A stretch of 64,000 nucleotides of DNA from Octopus sinensis (GCF_006345805.1 NC_043001.1:92318001-92382000); one strand, 5' to 3'; counted from the first letter of the stretch, positions 41,328-59,192 are shown. Made by a program: numbers and translations. Notes: a model not told the origin generated them from the sequence alone.

Positions 41328-41396
41328 ATCTCGTTAGTATAGTAAAAATTATCCAGCCTGTCTCAGGGGATCCAGTGTTCGATTCTCAGCCGAAAA
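41328..41396 (+). pseudogene. tRNA-Asp(GTC) pseudogene
   Basis: CTCGTTAGTATAGT...ATCC-AGCCTGTC...GTTCGATTC matches the eukaryotic tRNA-Asp pattern. Confidence 0.65.
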
Positions 41397-41712
41397 TGTT
41401 GACTGATCTATAGGCGTAGGCATGACTGTTTGGATAAGAATATTGCTTTGCAGCCATGTGGTCTACTTCATCTGCAAGGCAACTTGAGCAAACGTCATCT
41501 ACCATAGCCCCGGGTCCGACGAATATCTTGTGAGCTTGTGAGTAAATTTGATAGATGATAACTCTGCAGAAACATCCTAGTCCGTCCCGCCCGCCCGTCC
41601 GTCCGTCCGTTCATCCATCCATCCATCCATCCATCTAACTATCTATCTGACTACATATATCTGTGAGTGAATGCGTATTTTCATATATGCCTATATAAGT
41701 GTATTATATATA

Positions 41713-41758
<46 letters not shown>

Positions 41759-41831
41759 TGTGTGTTGTGTGTTGGTGTGTGTGTGTGTGTGTGGTGTGTG
41801 TGTGTGTGTGTATTATGTGTGTGTATATATA

Positions 41832-42116
41832 TGCTGGGACCCTTCAGTCATGACTGACCATGGGATTGCGCCTAGAAAGTTACCCTCCAAGACACAAGTC
41901 CGGACAAGGTTGTTTATGGAAGACCAGCATTTATCCTAGGGAAAGGCAAAGGCCGATACAGTTTGGCACCTGTGACGTCGTAACTCATTTCTACAGCTGA
42001 GTGAACTGGAGCAACGTGAAATAAAGAACACAACATGCAGCCCGGTCCGGGATTCGAACTCACAACCTCACGATCGTATGCTCGACGCTCTAACCACTGA
42101 GCCATGCGCCTTCACA
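41832..42116 (-). mobile_element. tRNA-derived SINE (family D-related)
   Basis: Minus strand TGGCTCAGTGGTTAGAGC...GAGTTCGAATCC plus the core shared with 9681-9990. Confidence 0.75.
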
Positions 42117-42126
42117 CAAGTGTATC

Positions 42127-42201
<75 letters not shown>

Positions 42202-42223
42202 TATATATCTATATAATATAGAT

Positions 42224-42272
<49 letters not shown>

Positions 42273-43198
42273 GTATATATGGAGGGACTTCAATAAGTAA
42301 TGCCCCTGACCCACTTGCAGTTGTTTGATCTAGCTGAACTGGTGGTTTCTGATTTACAGGTGTTTTAACTGAGTCAAGTGTGAAATGGAGCCTGTTGAGT
42401 GTGAGCAGTGATTCGGTTTTTTGTATTTGAAAGGACGCACACCACAGGAGACTTTTCATGAATGAAAGTAACTTTGGTGATGATGCCCCATCATATGACC
42501 TTGTAAAACGATGGCATCGTGGATTCAAACATGTCGGAACTCTGTGGAAACAGCTCCCAGATCTGGTCCGCCCCCCTTCTGCCATTGATGAGGCATCTAT
42601 CCGTCAAGTTGAGGCTGCCATTTTGGAAGATCGACGCATACTATTCGCCAAATAGCCCACGAGGTCAAGATTAGTACCAGGTCTGTGGAAACTTCATTCA
42701 TGACATTTGCATATGCAAAAGGTGTCTGTCAGATGGATTCCCAGGCTGCTCACACCTTTCCAGAAGCAAGAACGCATCGAGGCTTGAGGATGAATTTGGA
42801 GATGTGCCCAGAAGATGAGTCAAAGTTTTTCAAAGACTGATAACACAGGATGAACCTGGGTCCATCACTATGATCAGAGACCAAAGCCCAGTCAATGCAG
42901 TGGAATCACCGTGACTCACCTCCTCCAAAGAAGGCAAGGGTGCAGCCCTCCGTTGGCAAGGTCATGCTCACAGTCTTCTGGGACCAGGACGAAGTAGTAT
43001 GACAGATTTCTTGGCAAAGGGCCACAATTACAGGAGCCTATTATGCGTCACTTTTGAGGAAATTAAGAGAAACTATCAAAATCAAGAGGCGGGGCAAGAT
43101 CAGCAAAGCATCCTCCTCCTGCAGGACAACGCTCCGGTCCACAACTCGCTTGTTGCCAGATCAGATACCCAGGCGTGCGGCTATGAACTCCTCCCCAT

Positions 43199-47405
<4,207 letters not shown>

Positions 47406-47457
47406 TAATGCAATACAAAGTATTGCCTTCCAGTAAAAAGTAGCCCGTGAGGGAAAA

Positions 47458-47584
47458 ATACACAAATTAATAAATAAATGGCACAACTAAGTACCGATAT
47501 TTACACATTAGCGTCGTATCTTTACGTTCGCTTTTCCAGTAAATATCGGTACTTAGTTGTGCCATTTATTTACTAATTTGTATA
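47458..47584. repeat. Inverted repeat, ~45-bp arms
   Basis: AAATAAATGGCACAACTAAGTACCGATATTTAC / GTAAATATCGGTACTTAGTTGTGCCATTTATTT. Confidence 0.85.
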
Positions 47585-47603
47585 TAATATATATATATGT
47601 ATG

Positions 47604-47674
<71 letters not shown>

Positions 47675-47702
47675 TATATATACATATATAATATTATATA
47701 TA

Positions 47703-47741
<39 letters not shown>

Positions 47742-47768
47742 TATATATATATATATGTAATGTATATA

Positions 47769-47983
47769 TATAAACAAGGGCAAAAGAAAACTTATTTCTA
47801 TGCCAATATGCTGAGAACAGACTTTAAGTCGTCAATATCCACATTTCATTACACATTCACTATAATACATGTATTTATAAATGTATTTATAGTGAATGTA
47901 TAATGAAATGTGGAAATTGACGACTTAAAGTCTGTTCTCAGCATATTGGCATAGAAATAATTTTTCTTTTGCTCCTGTTTATA
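47769..47983. repeat. Fold-back hairpin, ~100-bp arms with ~10-nt loop
   Basis: TATGCCAATATGCTGAGAACAGACTTTAAGTCGTCAAT is matched by its reverse complement at ~47916-47953. Confidence 0.9.
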
Positions 47984-48079
47984 AGTTGTTTATAATTTTA
48001 ACCATGAAAGGTATTTTAATATGATGCCACATTTGATGAAATTTTTTTCTCAAAAAAATGTTATCCTATATTAATAGTG

Positions 48080-48111
<32 letters not shown>

Positions 48112-48115
48112 TATA

Positions 48116-48146
<31 letters not shown>

Positions 48147-48184
48147 AGTTTCAGCTCAGAGCTGCGGCCATGCTGATGCGCCGA

Positions 48185-48352
48185 TGGCGCAGGAGTGGCT
48201 GTGTGGCAAGTAGGGTAAGTAGCTTGCTTACCAACCACATTGTTCTGGGTTCAGTCCCACTGCGTGGCACCTTGGGCAAGTGTCTTTTAATATAGCCTCG
48301 CATCGACCAAAGCCTTGTGAGTGGAGTTGGTAGACGGAAACTGAAATATATG

Positions 48353-48423
<71 letters not shown>

Positions 48424-48633
48424 TGTTTGTGTCTGTGTTTGTCCCCCCAACGTCGCTTGACAACCGATGCTGGTGTGTTTGCGTCCCCGTAACTTAGCGG
48501 TTCGGCAAAAGAGACCGATAGAATAAGTACTAGGCTTACAAAGAATAAGTCCTGGGGTCGACTTGCTCGACTAAAGGCGATGCTCCAGCATGGCTACAGT
48601 CAAATGACTGAAACAAGTGAAAGAGTAAAAGAG
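48185..48633 (+). mobile_element. SINE family A
   Basis: Consensus match. Confidence 0.85.
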
Positions 48634-48828
48634 TATATGTGTGTGTGTGTGTATATATATATATACATATATATTTTTACCATTCATTCTCTGACCCGCT
48701 CTTTTGTTTTTAAAAAACACTTTTCCTTCTTTTTGACCACTTCCGTTCTTTTAGTATGTGACCTCGTGTAGACTACCTGCAATTTTTTTCCTCTGTCCTT
48801 CCCATCTCGGGATGTTTCTTTCTCCTAT

Positions 48829-48863
48829 GTTTCCGACGAAGAGCTACGCTCGAAACGTCAAAC
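48829..48863 (+). ncRNA. Minimal hammerhead-like motif, U4C variant (second, mutated copy at 49070-49104)
   Basis: GTTT-CCGACGA-A-GAGC(TAC)GCTC-GAAA-CG-TC-AAAC, within tandem ~200-bp repeats at 48755-48960 and 48997-49200. Confidence 0.55.
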
Positions 48864-49196
48864 CCTCCTTCTTCCCTTCTTTCCTGAGCGTCCAATAATA
48901 CTTTATTTGTTCCACATCCTTGCGTTGTTGATTTTTGTTTTCTTGTTTGGATTAACTTTATATACATACACACACACACACACATATCCTTTCAAAATGT
49001 GACCTCGTGTGTACCGTTGGCGATTTTTTTCTCTCTGTCTTCCCTTCTCTGGATCTTTCCTTCTCCTATGTTTCCGACGAAGAGCTCCGCTTTAAACGTT
49101 AAACCCTCCTTTCCTTCTTTCCTGAGCGTCCAATAATACTATACTTGTTCCACGTCCTCGCGTTGTTGTGTTTTTTTTTGTGCTTTCTTGTTGGAT

Positions 49197-49248
<52 letters not shown>

Positions 49249-49467
49249 CAATATAATATAATATAATATAATATAATATATATAATATATGTAAAATATA
49301 CACATTATTGCTCTATTCGTGACGTATATTTTATCACTGCTTATTTTGCCATCATACTCTACCACTAGTATTGAATCTATTAATAATTTTCTGACAAATT
49401 CTTCGTTACTTTCAAATGTTTTCCAATCTAGTTATATTCAGATTATGTGATGAGGTATATACATATA

Positions 49468-49634
49468 TACGACGAGCTTCTTTCAGTTTCCGTCTACCAA
49501 ATCCACTCACAAGGCTTTGGTCGGCCCGAGGGTATAGTAGAAGACACTTGCCCAAGGTGCCATGCAGTGGAAATGAACCCGAAACCATGTAGTTGGTAAG
49601 CAAGCTACTTACCACACAGCCACTCTTGCGTCTA
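49468..49634 (-). mobile_element. SINE family A, 5' half
   Basis: Consensus match. Confidence 0.8.
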
Positions 49635-49656
49635 TAATTAATTATGAATTAATTAT

Positions 49657-49880
49657 AGGCGGTGAGCTGGCAGAAACGTTAGCACGCCGGGCGAAATGCG
49701 TAGACGTATTTCGTCTGCCGCTGCGTTCTGAGTTCAAATTCCGCCGAGGTCGACTTTGCCTTTCATCCTTTCGGGGTCGATAAACTAAGTACCAGTTACA
49801 CACTGGGGTCGATGTAATAGACTTAATCCCTTTGTCTGTCCTTGTTTGTCCCCTCTGTGTTTAGCCCCTTGTGGGTAGTA
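49657..49880 (+). mobile_element. SINE family B, well preserved
   Basis: GGCGGTGAGCTGGCAGAA head, GAGTTCAAATTC B box, conserved central domain. Confidence 0.8.
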
Positions 49881-50342
49881 AAAACAAATATAATTAATTA
49901 TGAATAATTATTTATAAAGCATGCAGTATAGACTGCATAGATGTTTTGAATATAATAATTATTATAACTTATCAGCAATTCAGAAAAATATGGTGTTTGA
50001 ATCAGCCGCCGTGGACAAAATTTCGATTATCACTAATCGCAGTCTACAAATTGTATATGTACACTGTGTGTGTGTGTGTCTGTGTGTGTGTGAGAGAGAA
50101 TGATAGATATTGTGTTTGCTTGAGTTTGTGTAAGTACGTTCGTGTGCGCGCGCGTCTGCATTAAACGTGCATTAAAGATACAAAGTTCCTATAATTATCT
50201 ATAATCTATAATTATATTAATTTTCAAAATAAATTGAGATGTTTTAAGATGAATTATATCTTCTAATAAGCCCTATATCTAGAAACATTCTCGCTCTTTT
50301 TTTCTTTTTCAGTTCGATTCCCGGCATGGGAACGATTATTTT

Positions 50343-50532
50343 AGGCGCAGGCGTGGCTGTGTAGTAAGAAGCTTGCTTCCGAACGAAATGGTTCCGAGTT
50401 CAGTCCCATTGCGTGGTACCTTGGGCAAGTGTCTTCTACTATAGCCGCGGGCCGACCAAAGCTTTGTGAGTGAATTTATTAGACGGAAACTGAAAGAAAC
50501 CCGTCCTATATGTATGTATGTATGTATGTATG

Positions 50533-50566
<34 letters not shown>

Positions 50567-50862
50567 TGTATATATATTTGTGAGTGTATGCGTGTGTCTA
50601 TGTGTGTGTGTTGCGTGTGTGTGCATGCATGTGTGTCTGCGTTTGTCCCCCCCCACACACACACACACACCATCGCTTGACAACCGATGTTGGTGTGTTT
50701 ACGTAACCGTAACTTAGCAATTCGACAAAAGAGACCGATAGAATAAGTACTAGGTTTACAAGGAATAAGTCCTGCGGTAGAATTGTTCTCGACTAAAGGC
50801 GGTACTGCAGCATGGCCGCAGTCAAATGACTGAAACAAATAAAAGAATAAAAGAATAAAAGA
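50343..50862 (+). mobile_element. SINE family A
   Basis: Consensus match. Confidence 0.85.
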
Positions 50863-51516
50863 ATGCACAAAAGCTTAAAATAACTGTAATTTATCAAGGT
50901 CTCTCGCCATTTAAAAACAATTATATATCTATCTTTTATATTAATTATGCGGCAGATAGAAGAGATGGACGTGTCTATCTCCGTTAGTTACACAATGAAT
51001 GCATAATAGACACATGTAACGCGCGAGCTGTGATAACGCGACATCTAGCTCACGCTAACGTATTCCCTTATTTCTACACAAAAGAAAATGTTTTAATAAA
51101 CGTTTCTTTCCAAACAAAGCGTTTATAATTTGTTTGTTATCCTGTTACAATGATTATATATATATTATTTTAAATTAACCGTAGGGACTGGGGTAAGTTG
51201 AGCTTTATTTTATTACAACAAACGCTTTTAATTAATTATTAAACATTTAGACTCAGTGTTGAAATTTCACTCAATACACACAATCACTTCTGCTTATTTT
51301 AAACTGTACAAAAATGGAGAAAATAATACGGATAAGAATAAACACAACACAAGACCTAATTAAACTGATATGGCTCCACATCTAGATATGTTGCAGTTTT
51401 GTTTTCAAATGTCAGCCTTATTATGTCTATAGTTTACTAATACTGCGCTAGTTATTATCACACCATGAGTTGGATATATCCCAAAAGAGAGAGAAGGAGA
51501 GAGAGACTGTATGTGT

Positions 51517-51548
<32 letters not shown>

Positions 51549-51656
51549 GAGAGAGAAAAAAATGGCATCTCTCCTATCATGTGGAATTATACCCCCAGTT
51601 AAGTTTCCCTTCATTTTCGCTTTCAGTTTTGAAAATCCTTTTCTGTTTCCTTTCAG

Positions 51657-51694
51657 TTTCGCCAACCCAAAGGGAACAATTTGATCCAGAATAG
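51657..51694 (+). CDS. Candidate terminal exon (VSPTQREQFDPE*)
   Basis: Long pyrimidine tract ending ctttcAG, phase-1 compatible, TAG stop, AATAAA at 51748-51753, unique sequence. Too short to be certain. Confidence 0.35.
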
Positions 51695-51982
51695 TCTTTT
51701 ATCACATTTAATCAACTTTTAATATGCAGGCTACTCTTTGCAAACACAATAAAATTTAGTTCTTGCTTACTATATACTCAGTGTATCAGTAATATTCATA
51801 AATTTTGAGCCAAATTATTAACATTACTCTTAACTAGTTTAACATCGATGGTCTGGATAACGTCACAAAACTGTTTAAGTTTTCTTGAGAAGGAAGCTGG
51901 GACATATTGTTTAGTTTTGAAAGCCTCACAGCGCTATGTTATATTTTTCAATGAGAAAGAGAGGAAGAGAGAGAAAGGAGGG

Positions 51983-52425
51983 GAACAATTAATCTCAGGG
52001 TGTAGAGTCTTAGCACCTGTAGAATATAAAGCAAGACATGACAGAGTCGGCCAGTATTTACACTGGACAATATGTCGGCATTATAAACTCAAAACCGCTG
52101 ACAAATGGTATAAACATAATCGTGAAACTGTGACTGAGGGAGAAAATGTGTCGATTCTATGGGACTTCCCCGTACATACCGACAAAACTATAAAAGCTAA
52201 TAAACCGGATATTATTATAAAAGATCAGACAAAAAAGACATGAGTATTCCTTGCAATCACAATATAGCGGCGAAAGAATTTGACAAGATCAGTAAATATA
52301 AAGACTTGCTAATAGAAATTGAAAAAATGTGGCATCGCAAGGCGACTACTGTACCAGTGATTGTAGGACCTCTAGGAATGATAAAAAAAAAGGTACTGAA
52401 ACCTATTTGAAAATGATACCAGGCT
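51983..52425 (+). mobile_element. R4/Dong-like LINE C-terminal (CCHC end + REL) fragment
   Basis: LISGCRVLAPVEYKARHDRV...ILWDFPVHTDKTIKANKPDIII. Confidence 0.85.
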
Positions 52426-52520
<95 letters not shown>

Positions 52521-52540
52521 TAATAATAATAATAATAATA

Positions 52541-54510
52541 TCCGCCGGTACGAGAAACGCCAGCGCTTCTTTGAACAAAACAAAAAGTTCAACTCCGACC
52601 CCAAAAAGTTCTACCAAGAACTTTGCAAAAATAAAATAGAAATCACTGCAGCACCAACAGCAGAAGAAGTGGAAGAATTCTGGAGAGAAATATGGTCGGC
52701 GAACGAACAACCAAAAAAAAGGAGTATCAAAATAACAAACTCGGCATCTGAACAACTTTGGACCCCCATAACAACTTAAGAGGTCACCCAGGCACTGCAA
52801 AGACTAAGTAACTGGAAGGCACCTGGGCATGACAAGATCCCCAACTTCTGGTTGAAATATCTAACAGGAATGCACAAAAAGCTGGCTGAAAACTTTAACA
52901 ACATACTAGCAGAGCCAGAGACAATGCCTGAATGGCTCACGAAGGGGAAAACCATCTTAATTCCCAAATCAAATGAGACAGCAAAACCAGAAAACTACAG
53001 ACCAGTAACCTGTCTCCCTACAATGTTCAAGGCATTTACTGCAGTGATATCGCAAAGGTTGAACAAGCACCTGGACGAAAACAAACTGTTCCCAGAAGAG
53101 CAGAAAGGATGTCGCAAAGGCTCATATGGCTGTAAAGATCAATTAATGATTAATAAAGCCATAACTGAAGACAGCCACAGAAAGAAGAAAGGCCTCAGTA
53201 TGGCCTGTATCGACTACAAAAAGGCGTTTGATAGCATCCCCCACACATGGATTCTCGAAACACTAGCCATTAACAAAGTAGCACCAACAATCATAAAATT
53301 CATAGGGCACTCTATGAATAAATGGCAAACAGTGCTACAGCTCCAAACAAAAGAGGGACTCATGAAAACCAAAGACATCCTCATTAGAAGAGGAATATTC
53401 CAGGGAGACACGCTCTCTCCACTCCTTTTCTGCTTGGCACTGTCACCTCTATCTGATATGCTAAATAGAACTGGATGCGGATATAAATGTTACGGCAAAA
53501 CGATCAGCCACCTTTTATATATGGATGACCTAAAACTATACGCTGCAAATGACAAACAGCTGGAAACACTATTAAAGACAGTTCATAGATTTACCAAAGA
53601 AATAGATATGAAATTTAGATTAGAAAAATGCGCCAAAATAACCATGAAAAGAGGAAAACTAGTTAAAAGTAGCAACATCACACTGGATAAAACCAATGAA
53701 ATAAAAGAATTAGACCAAAGCCAAACTTACAAATACTTAGGAATCCATGAACTAGATAAGACACAACACACACAAATGAAAGAGAAAATAAAAAAAGAAT
53801 ATTATAGACGATTTAGATCAATACTAAAAACAGAGCTCAATGCTAAAAACAAGATAATAGGTATCAACACTTTAGCTGTCCCAGTTATAAGTTACAGCTA
53901 CAATATCCTTAACTGGACACTAAATGAACTGACCAAAATAGATAGGAAAACAAGAAAAATAATGACAGGATCTAGGATGCATCACCCAAAATCTGACATA
54001 GAAAGACTATATATACAACGCATAGAAGGTGGTAGAGGCCTTATACAACTGGAAAACTACTATAAAATAACCACCATAGGACTGCAAAAATATCTACTTC
54101 AGAAGGAAGGAAAACTGATACAAATAGCGGCAAAACACGAGCAAAACAAAAAACTGTTCTCAGTATTTAAGGAAGCTGACAAATACAAACAAGAAATCAT
54201 ACCACCTAATAAATATGAAGAAGAAGTAGAAGAAGAAGAAGAAACAACAAAAGCTATAAAACAAATGAAATCCAAACTAAAAATAGAACAGCAACGAACC
54301 ATGATAAAACGATGGCAAGAAAAGCCCCTTCATGGTAAATACTGGACTAAACTAAACGCAAAAGAAATAGACAAAGAAAAATCCCAGCAATGGTTGAGAA
54401 GCTCAGGACTCAAAGCAGAGACAGAGGGATTTTTAATTGCAGCACAAGACCAAAGCCTCCCCACCAGAAATTACCAAAAACATGTAATGAAAAGAAATAT
54501 AACACAAGCA
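52541..54510 (+). mobile_element. R4/Dong-like LINE fragment with an uninterrupted reverse transcriptase frame, abutting (AAT)n
   Basis: 559-aa ORF with NYRPVTCL, DYKKAFDS, RGIFQGDTLSP, LYMDD, YKYLG and GGRGL; truncated at both ends. Confidence 0.95.
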
Positions 54511-54774
54511 TTTGTTCGTGTGTACATGTGAGTCTGGATACGTATTTCATGTAAATAAAATCCATGTAATCAAAATCTTGCTCGCCGATTTTTCTCTGAG
54601 TAGAATTAATACAACTGTATAATTTTTTGGTAGGTTTTGCTGTGGGCGTAACAGTGTCAGAGATGTCCTCAATGAATCGGCTGCTCTTGTTGATAATTAC
54701 AATCCGTCTCATCAGTAAGTAGCAATCATTATTCTTCCATACGTTTGAATTTTATATCGTTATACCTGAATATA

Positions 54775-55290
54775 TTGGGTTGCCAGGAAAGTTCGTGCCG
54801 ATTTTTAAAGGAAAGAAACTATGAACCATTTTGTTGCACAATGCGTCTCCATCTTTCCTTTAACTTGAAAATACCCTCTTCCCAGAATTGAGGTAGTTTC
54901 ACGGCAAAGAATCCATCAAGGTATCTTTTTACGTCATCCAAGGAATTGAAATTAAGACTATTCTGCAGAGACCTGAATAAGTGGAAATCCGAAGGAGCAA
55001 TATCTGGTGAATACGGAGGGTGGGGTAACACATCCCAGCCGAGCTGCAGCAATTTTTGTCTGGTTCCCAAAGCATCAAGTGCAGAAAACGAACTTTCTTA
55101 TCTTCCATTTTAAAGGGTTACAGAATTAACACAGGTTATAGGAACATAAGCCTTATTCCACGAGAAGATAGCTTAAACTGTGCTCTAAATGGAGGTATAG
55201 TCAAATCCTATTATTTGGACTCAACCATATTCTAAAATAAGTGGAAATGTAAGCTACTATAAATCGGCACGAACTTTCTGGACAACCCAA
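54775..55290 (-). mobile_element. Internally deleted mariner
   Basis: TA-TTGGGTTG.CCAG.AAAGTTCGTGCCGATTT TIRs at both ends; PHPPYSPDIAPSDFHLF. Confidence 0.9.
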
Positions 55291-55754
55291 TAATTGCCAT
55301 GTTTTCGTTGCTTTACTTTTATCTGTTGTTTAGAATCAAGCTTGGTCGAACTATAATGTAACAGTTCCAACAGTATAACGTAGTCTTTTACACCTTTTTA
55401 ATGTACAAGCGTGAATTCAATAGAAAATCTGCACATACCTTCGCATCGTTAAAATTAAATTCAATTTTAAATCGAGCAAATTATGTTACCTCGAGAAATG
55501 AAATAGAGACGTGGCAATGAAAACATGATATGTCTTTTTATAGATACAATGTATTTAGTCGGTTAATTAAAATAATCACTGAAATGGGGTTGTTGAGGAG
55601 CAAATATTTCTATAAATTTTTTCCAATCTGAATGTTTGAGTTACTTCCCTTCTGGAGCCATCTGGGAAACCTCTTCGTAAAAAGATTAATGTAAGTTTGT
55701 TTTGTATGATTCCGTTACTTCATTGTGCTTAGTTCTGCACTTAATGGGATTTGT

Positions 55755-56282
55755 GCATAAGGTTTCAGCAGAAAAGGAAAGTGTTTGTCTTCAGCACTTT
55801 CAGCCGTAATCACCACATTATCTATTTCGTCACAGCCACCAAATAAAGTAAAACTAACCGCGCTTCTCTGCTAGAGGAAGGCGACGGCACAGTCTTCAAG
55901 ATGGATTCAGTAGATAACCGGTTCCATCCTACGCGTAATAGCAGCTGTTTGACATTACTCCATAAGTCAACAATGCTCGAGCACTAACAGAATCTCCGTA
56001 GCCCATCTCGAGCAAACCAAGCTGCTGGCGCAAACATGCCTGTAGAAGTTATCTCGGATCAACTACGTCCTCTCAGTGGCATGTCAAACTATGGGATTTG
56101 AGGAAAATCAAGTAGCTGTTTTTTCCGGAGAACTTTCAATCCGAGGACCATGGATAATTTTCAGAAATCCCTGGTTTGACATGCCACTGAGAGGACGTAG
56201 TTAATCGAGATAACTTCTACAGGCATGTTTGCGCCAGCAGCTTGGTTTGCTCGAGATGGGCTACGGAGATGTCTGTTCAGTG
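55755..56282 (-). mobile_element. Old Tx1-like C-terminal relic with an inverted duplication
   Basis: Minus strand CSSIVDLWSNVKQLLLRVG..LSTESILK is homologous to the neighbouring Tx1 copies; arms 55982-56099 / 56165-56282. Confidence 0.7.
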
Positions 56283-58551
56283 TAGATCGCCGGGTTTGGA
56301 TGGTCTGCCCTACGAGCTTTACACTTCAACGCCAGACTTGTTTGCGGGCCTGTTGGCAAACGCCTACTGCAACTGGCAGCAAAACGGGAGAATTCCTGCT
56401 TTTGTCTGTCGAGGGGGTGGTGGCTTTGCTAAAAAAGGACCCAAACAAGAGGGACGTTATAGGGAATTTTCGGCCCATCACTCTGCTTAATGCAGAGTTG
56501 GAGATTTTGGCCAAGGTGCTAGCCAAGAGTTTGGCGCTTGTCGTGGACAAGCTGGTTGGCAAGACGCAGACATGCGCCGTGCCGACCAGGTCGATACACA
56601 ACAACCTCCATCTCATGCGCTACATCATAGAGAGGGTGGGTAACGACGCTGGCGCGGGTGGGGCTTTGATCAATTTAGATCAGAGTAAAGCCTTCGATAG
56701 GGTCGACCATCGGTACCTGGCAGCTGTTCTCAAGGTAGCCGGCTTCGGTCCAGTCTTCCGCGGGTGGATCGCTGCTTTATACAGCAACATCTGCTCGGTG
56801 ATACGGGTGAACGGTCACCTTTCGGAACCGTTCGACATCTCGCGTTCGGTCCGCCAAGGATGCCCTCTCTCCTCCCTCTTGTACATATTGACTCTCGAGC
56901 CATTACTGCGCAAGTTGGAGGCTTTGAGGGGTATCCCGCGCGATCTAGGAGGTGGAAACAGCGTGTCTGCCTATGCCGACGACGTCACCGTGATGGTGTC
57001 GAGCGACAGGCATATTGGCCTGATTGGCGAGACACTAAACGAGTACGAAGCGGTGACACGGGCAAAGATTAACGCGGATAAGTCTGTGGGCTTGCAATTG
57101 GGCACCTGGAGAGGCAAGCCCATGCCGCCCAACAGCGTCGTAGGGCGCTGGACAGACGGACCCGTTAAACAGCTCGGGGTCTGGTTCGGTCCGGACCTCC
57201 AGGTGGATAAAAACTGGGAAGAAGTGACGAACAGGGTGGCACATCTCACCCAGAAATGGGCCGAGAGGAAGCTGTCCCTGAAAGATCGAGCGGAGGTGGC
57301 GAATGCATACATCGCATCCGTCATCTATTACCGCTTGTCCCAACCGCTGGTTGGTCAAGCTGGTACGCCTGTTCTTCGACTTTTTGTGGTAGGGTCAGGT
57401 GCCACTGGTCAGGCGATCCGTTTGCTGTCAACGACCGCTGAACGAAGGCCTTGGCATGCCGTGGTTACTGATGCGCAGACATGCGCTCAGGCTGCGACAT
57501 CTCAAGCGTTTCCTAGACGGTGATCAGATGTGGTCGTCTTTTGTCAGACGCGACTTTCTGCAGCTCATCTCTTTGACAGAGCTGCAGACCTGGATCAAAC
57601 GTAGACCGAGAAAGGGCGCTTGGCACCTCGAGTGCCGTCAAGCTCTCTCCGCCCTCCGCCAGGCGGGCAATGCGATCGGTTTTAATTCCACTCTAGCGTT
57701 CTATAGAGGGTTAGTGGAGGAAAAATGCGACGATGTTCTCGGGGAAACTCTAGGCGTTGATGATAACAAACTGAGCGGTCTGTTCGGAAGGACTTTCGGG
57801 CCGGGGCCAATGGATAATTTCCAGAGGTCGCTCGCCTGGCAGTGCTACCGAGGGGCTCTGCTTGATCGGGATAAACTCTACCGGCACGGAAGTGCCGTCA
57901 GCCGGGCCTGCCCGAGGTGTTGCCAGGACGACGAAACCGTTCTGCACGCACTCGTCCAGTGCCCGAGTATTGCTGAACTATGGGTTTATGTCGAACAGCT
58001 ACTGTCGCGTATAGGACGGATCCGGCTATCAGCCGAATCCATAGTGAAGATTGCCCCACCGACCTCCTTTAACAAGGAGGGCGAAGCCGTTTTCCTGTGC
58101 CTAGTGGCTGTGGCGAAAGAGATTGTATGGTGGACCCGTTTGAAAGGGCTAAAGTCAGACACTTGAAAAGGAAGATGAGGTTAGAGAGGAGAGTGCTGTC
58201 CGATAGCAATTTTTCTGAAAGGTGGGTGAATTGTGCGAGAATGGCCAGTATAAATGGACCAATTCTCAGGTTTCGCCTGTGATTGAAAAAGGTTTTATAA
58301 AAGGAGAAAGGGGCTCTCTACCCCCCTTTTGACCAGGCTCCCGTTGGCTTTTATGGGTTTTTTCCACCAGGAACCTTTCGAAGCGCCTCCCCCTATTGGG
58401 AGTTTTTCATTGTTATAATCATTCGTTGTTAAACAGTTTTTACTCAGATTTGTTTTCAAAAACGGACAAAACCCTTTGTAATCTTTCGTCCTGTTTTGTT
58501 CCTTTATGTTTACTAATCATGTGTGTCAGCCCTTGTGGCCAATAAAGAGAA
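56283..58551 (+). mobile_element. Tx1-like LINE, 5'-truncated, ending at (TTA)n
   Basis: SPGLDG, NFRPITLLN, LDQSKAFDRV, RQGCPLS, AYADD and CPRC..ETVLHALVQC motifs; AATAAA at the 3' end. Confidence 0.92.
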
Positions 58552-58575
58552 TTAATTATTATTATTATTATTATA

Positions 58576-59117
58576 AATGCCCTGATGCAGTACCAGGCAG
58601 TGGCTCTCATGGCTTCTGATCATAACTGATTGAAAGTGTTATCATGTACATTGTTTTGTCTTGATATAAAAGCAAATATTCTGCTCAATACCACGGATTG
58701 GCTTGCCCGTTGTTTGACCGTAACCAGTTGAGCATGTCCCTTAGTGGCTGACGATATGTGCATCTCTGATCACGAGCAGAAGTAGTGGGGGTGCATCATA
58801 GCTGTGTGTTAAAAGGAGGATAACTCACCTTTGGAAACATGGGTGTTTCGTTCAACATCCTTAAACAACCCTTATTCAGGGACCTTTTGAGCGGGATGGG
58901 TTACTCGACCAGAAGAAAAATTTCTAACTGGGCCCCACCTGCAAGGCCATGTGCTGTTTATCTTGATATAAGATCACCATGTCGCGCACATATGGGGGTG
59001 ATGCATGTGCCTAGTGTACCCTTATCAGACAGGTAGCCATGATGGGTATACTGGGCTTTGTATATTTTACTCCAGTGTCACTTTGATGGCATGCACTGCT
59101 CACTCACTCACTCACTC
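58576..59117 (+). mobile_element. Unclassified ~550-bp non-coding repeat in (TAA)n, copy 1
   Basis: AATGCCCTGATGCAGTACC...CACTGCTC(TC)ACTC-(AAT)n; same ends as copies 2 and 3. Confidence 0.8.
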
Positions 59118-59180
<63 letters not shown>

Positions 59181-59192
59181 TAATAATAATAA

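Noticed and set aside
56225-57523. 432-aa ORF as a host gene
   Set aside because: Tx1-like RT fragment with a chimeric N-terminus and frameshifted end.
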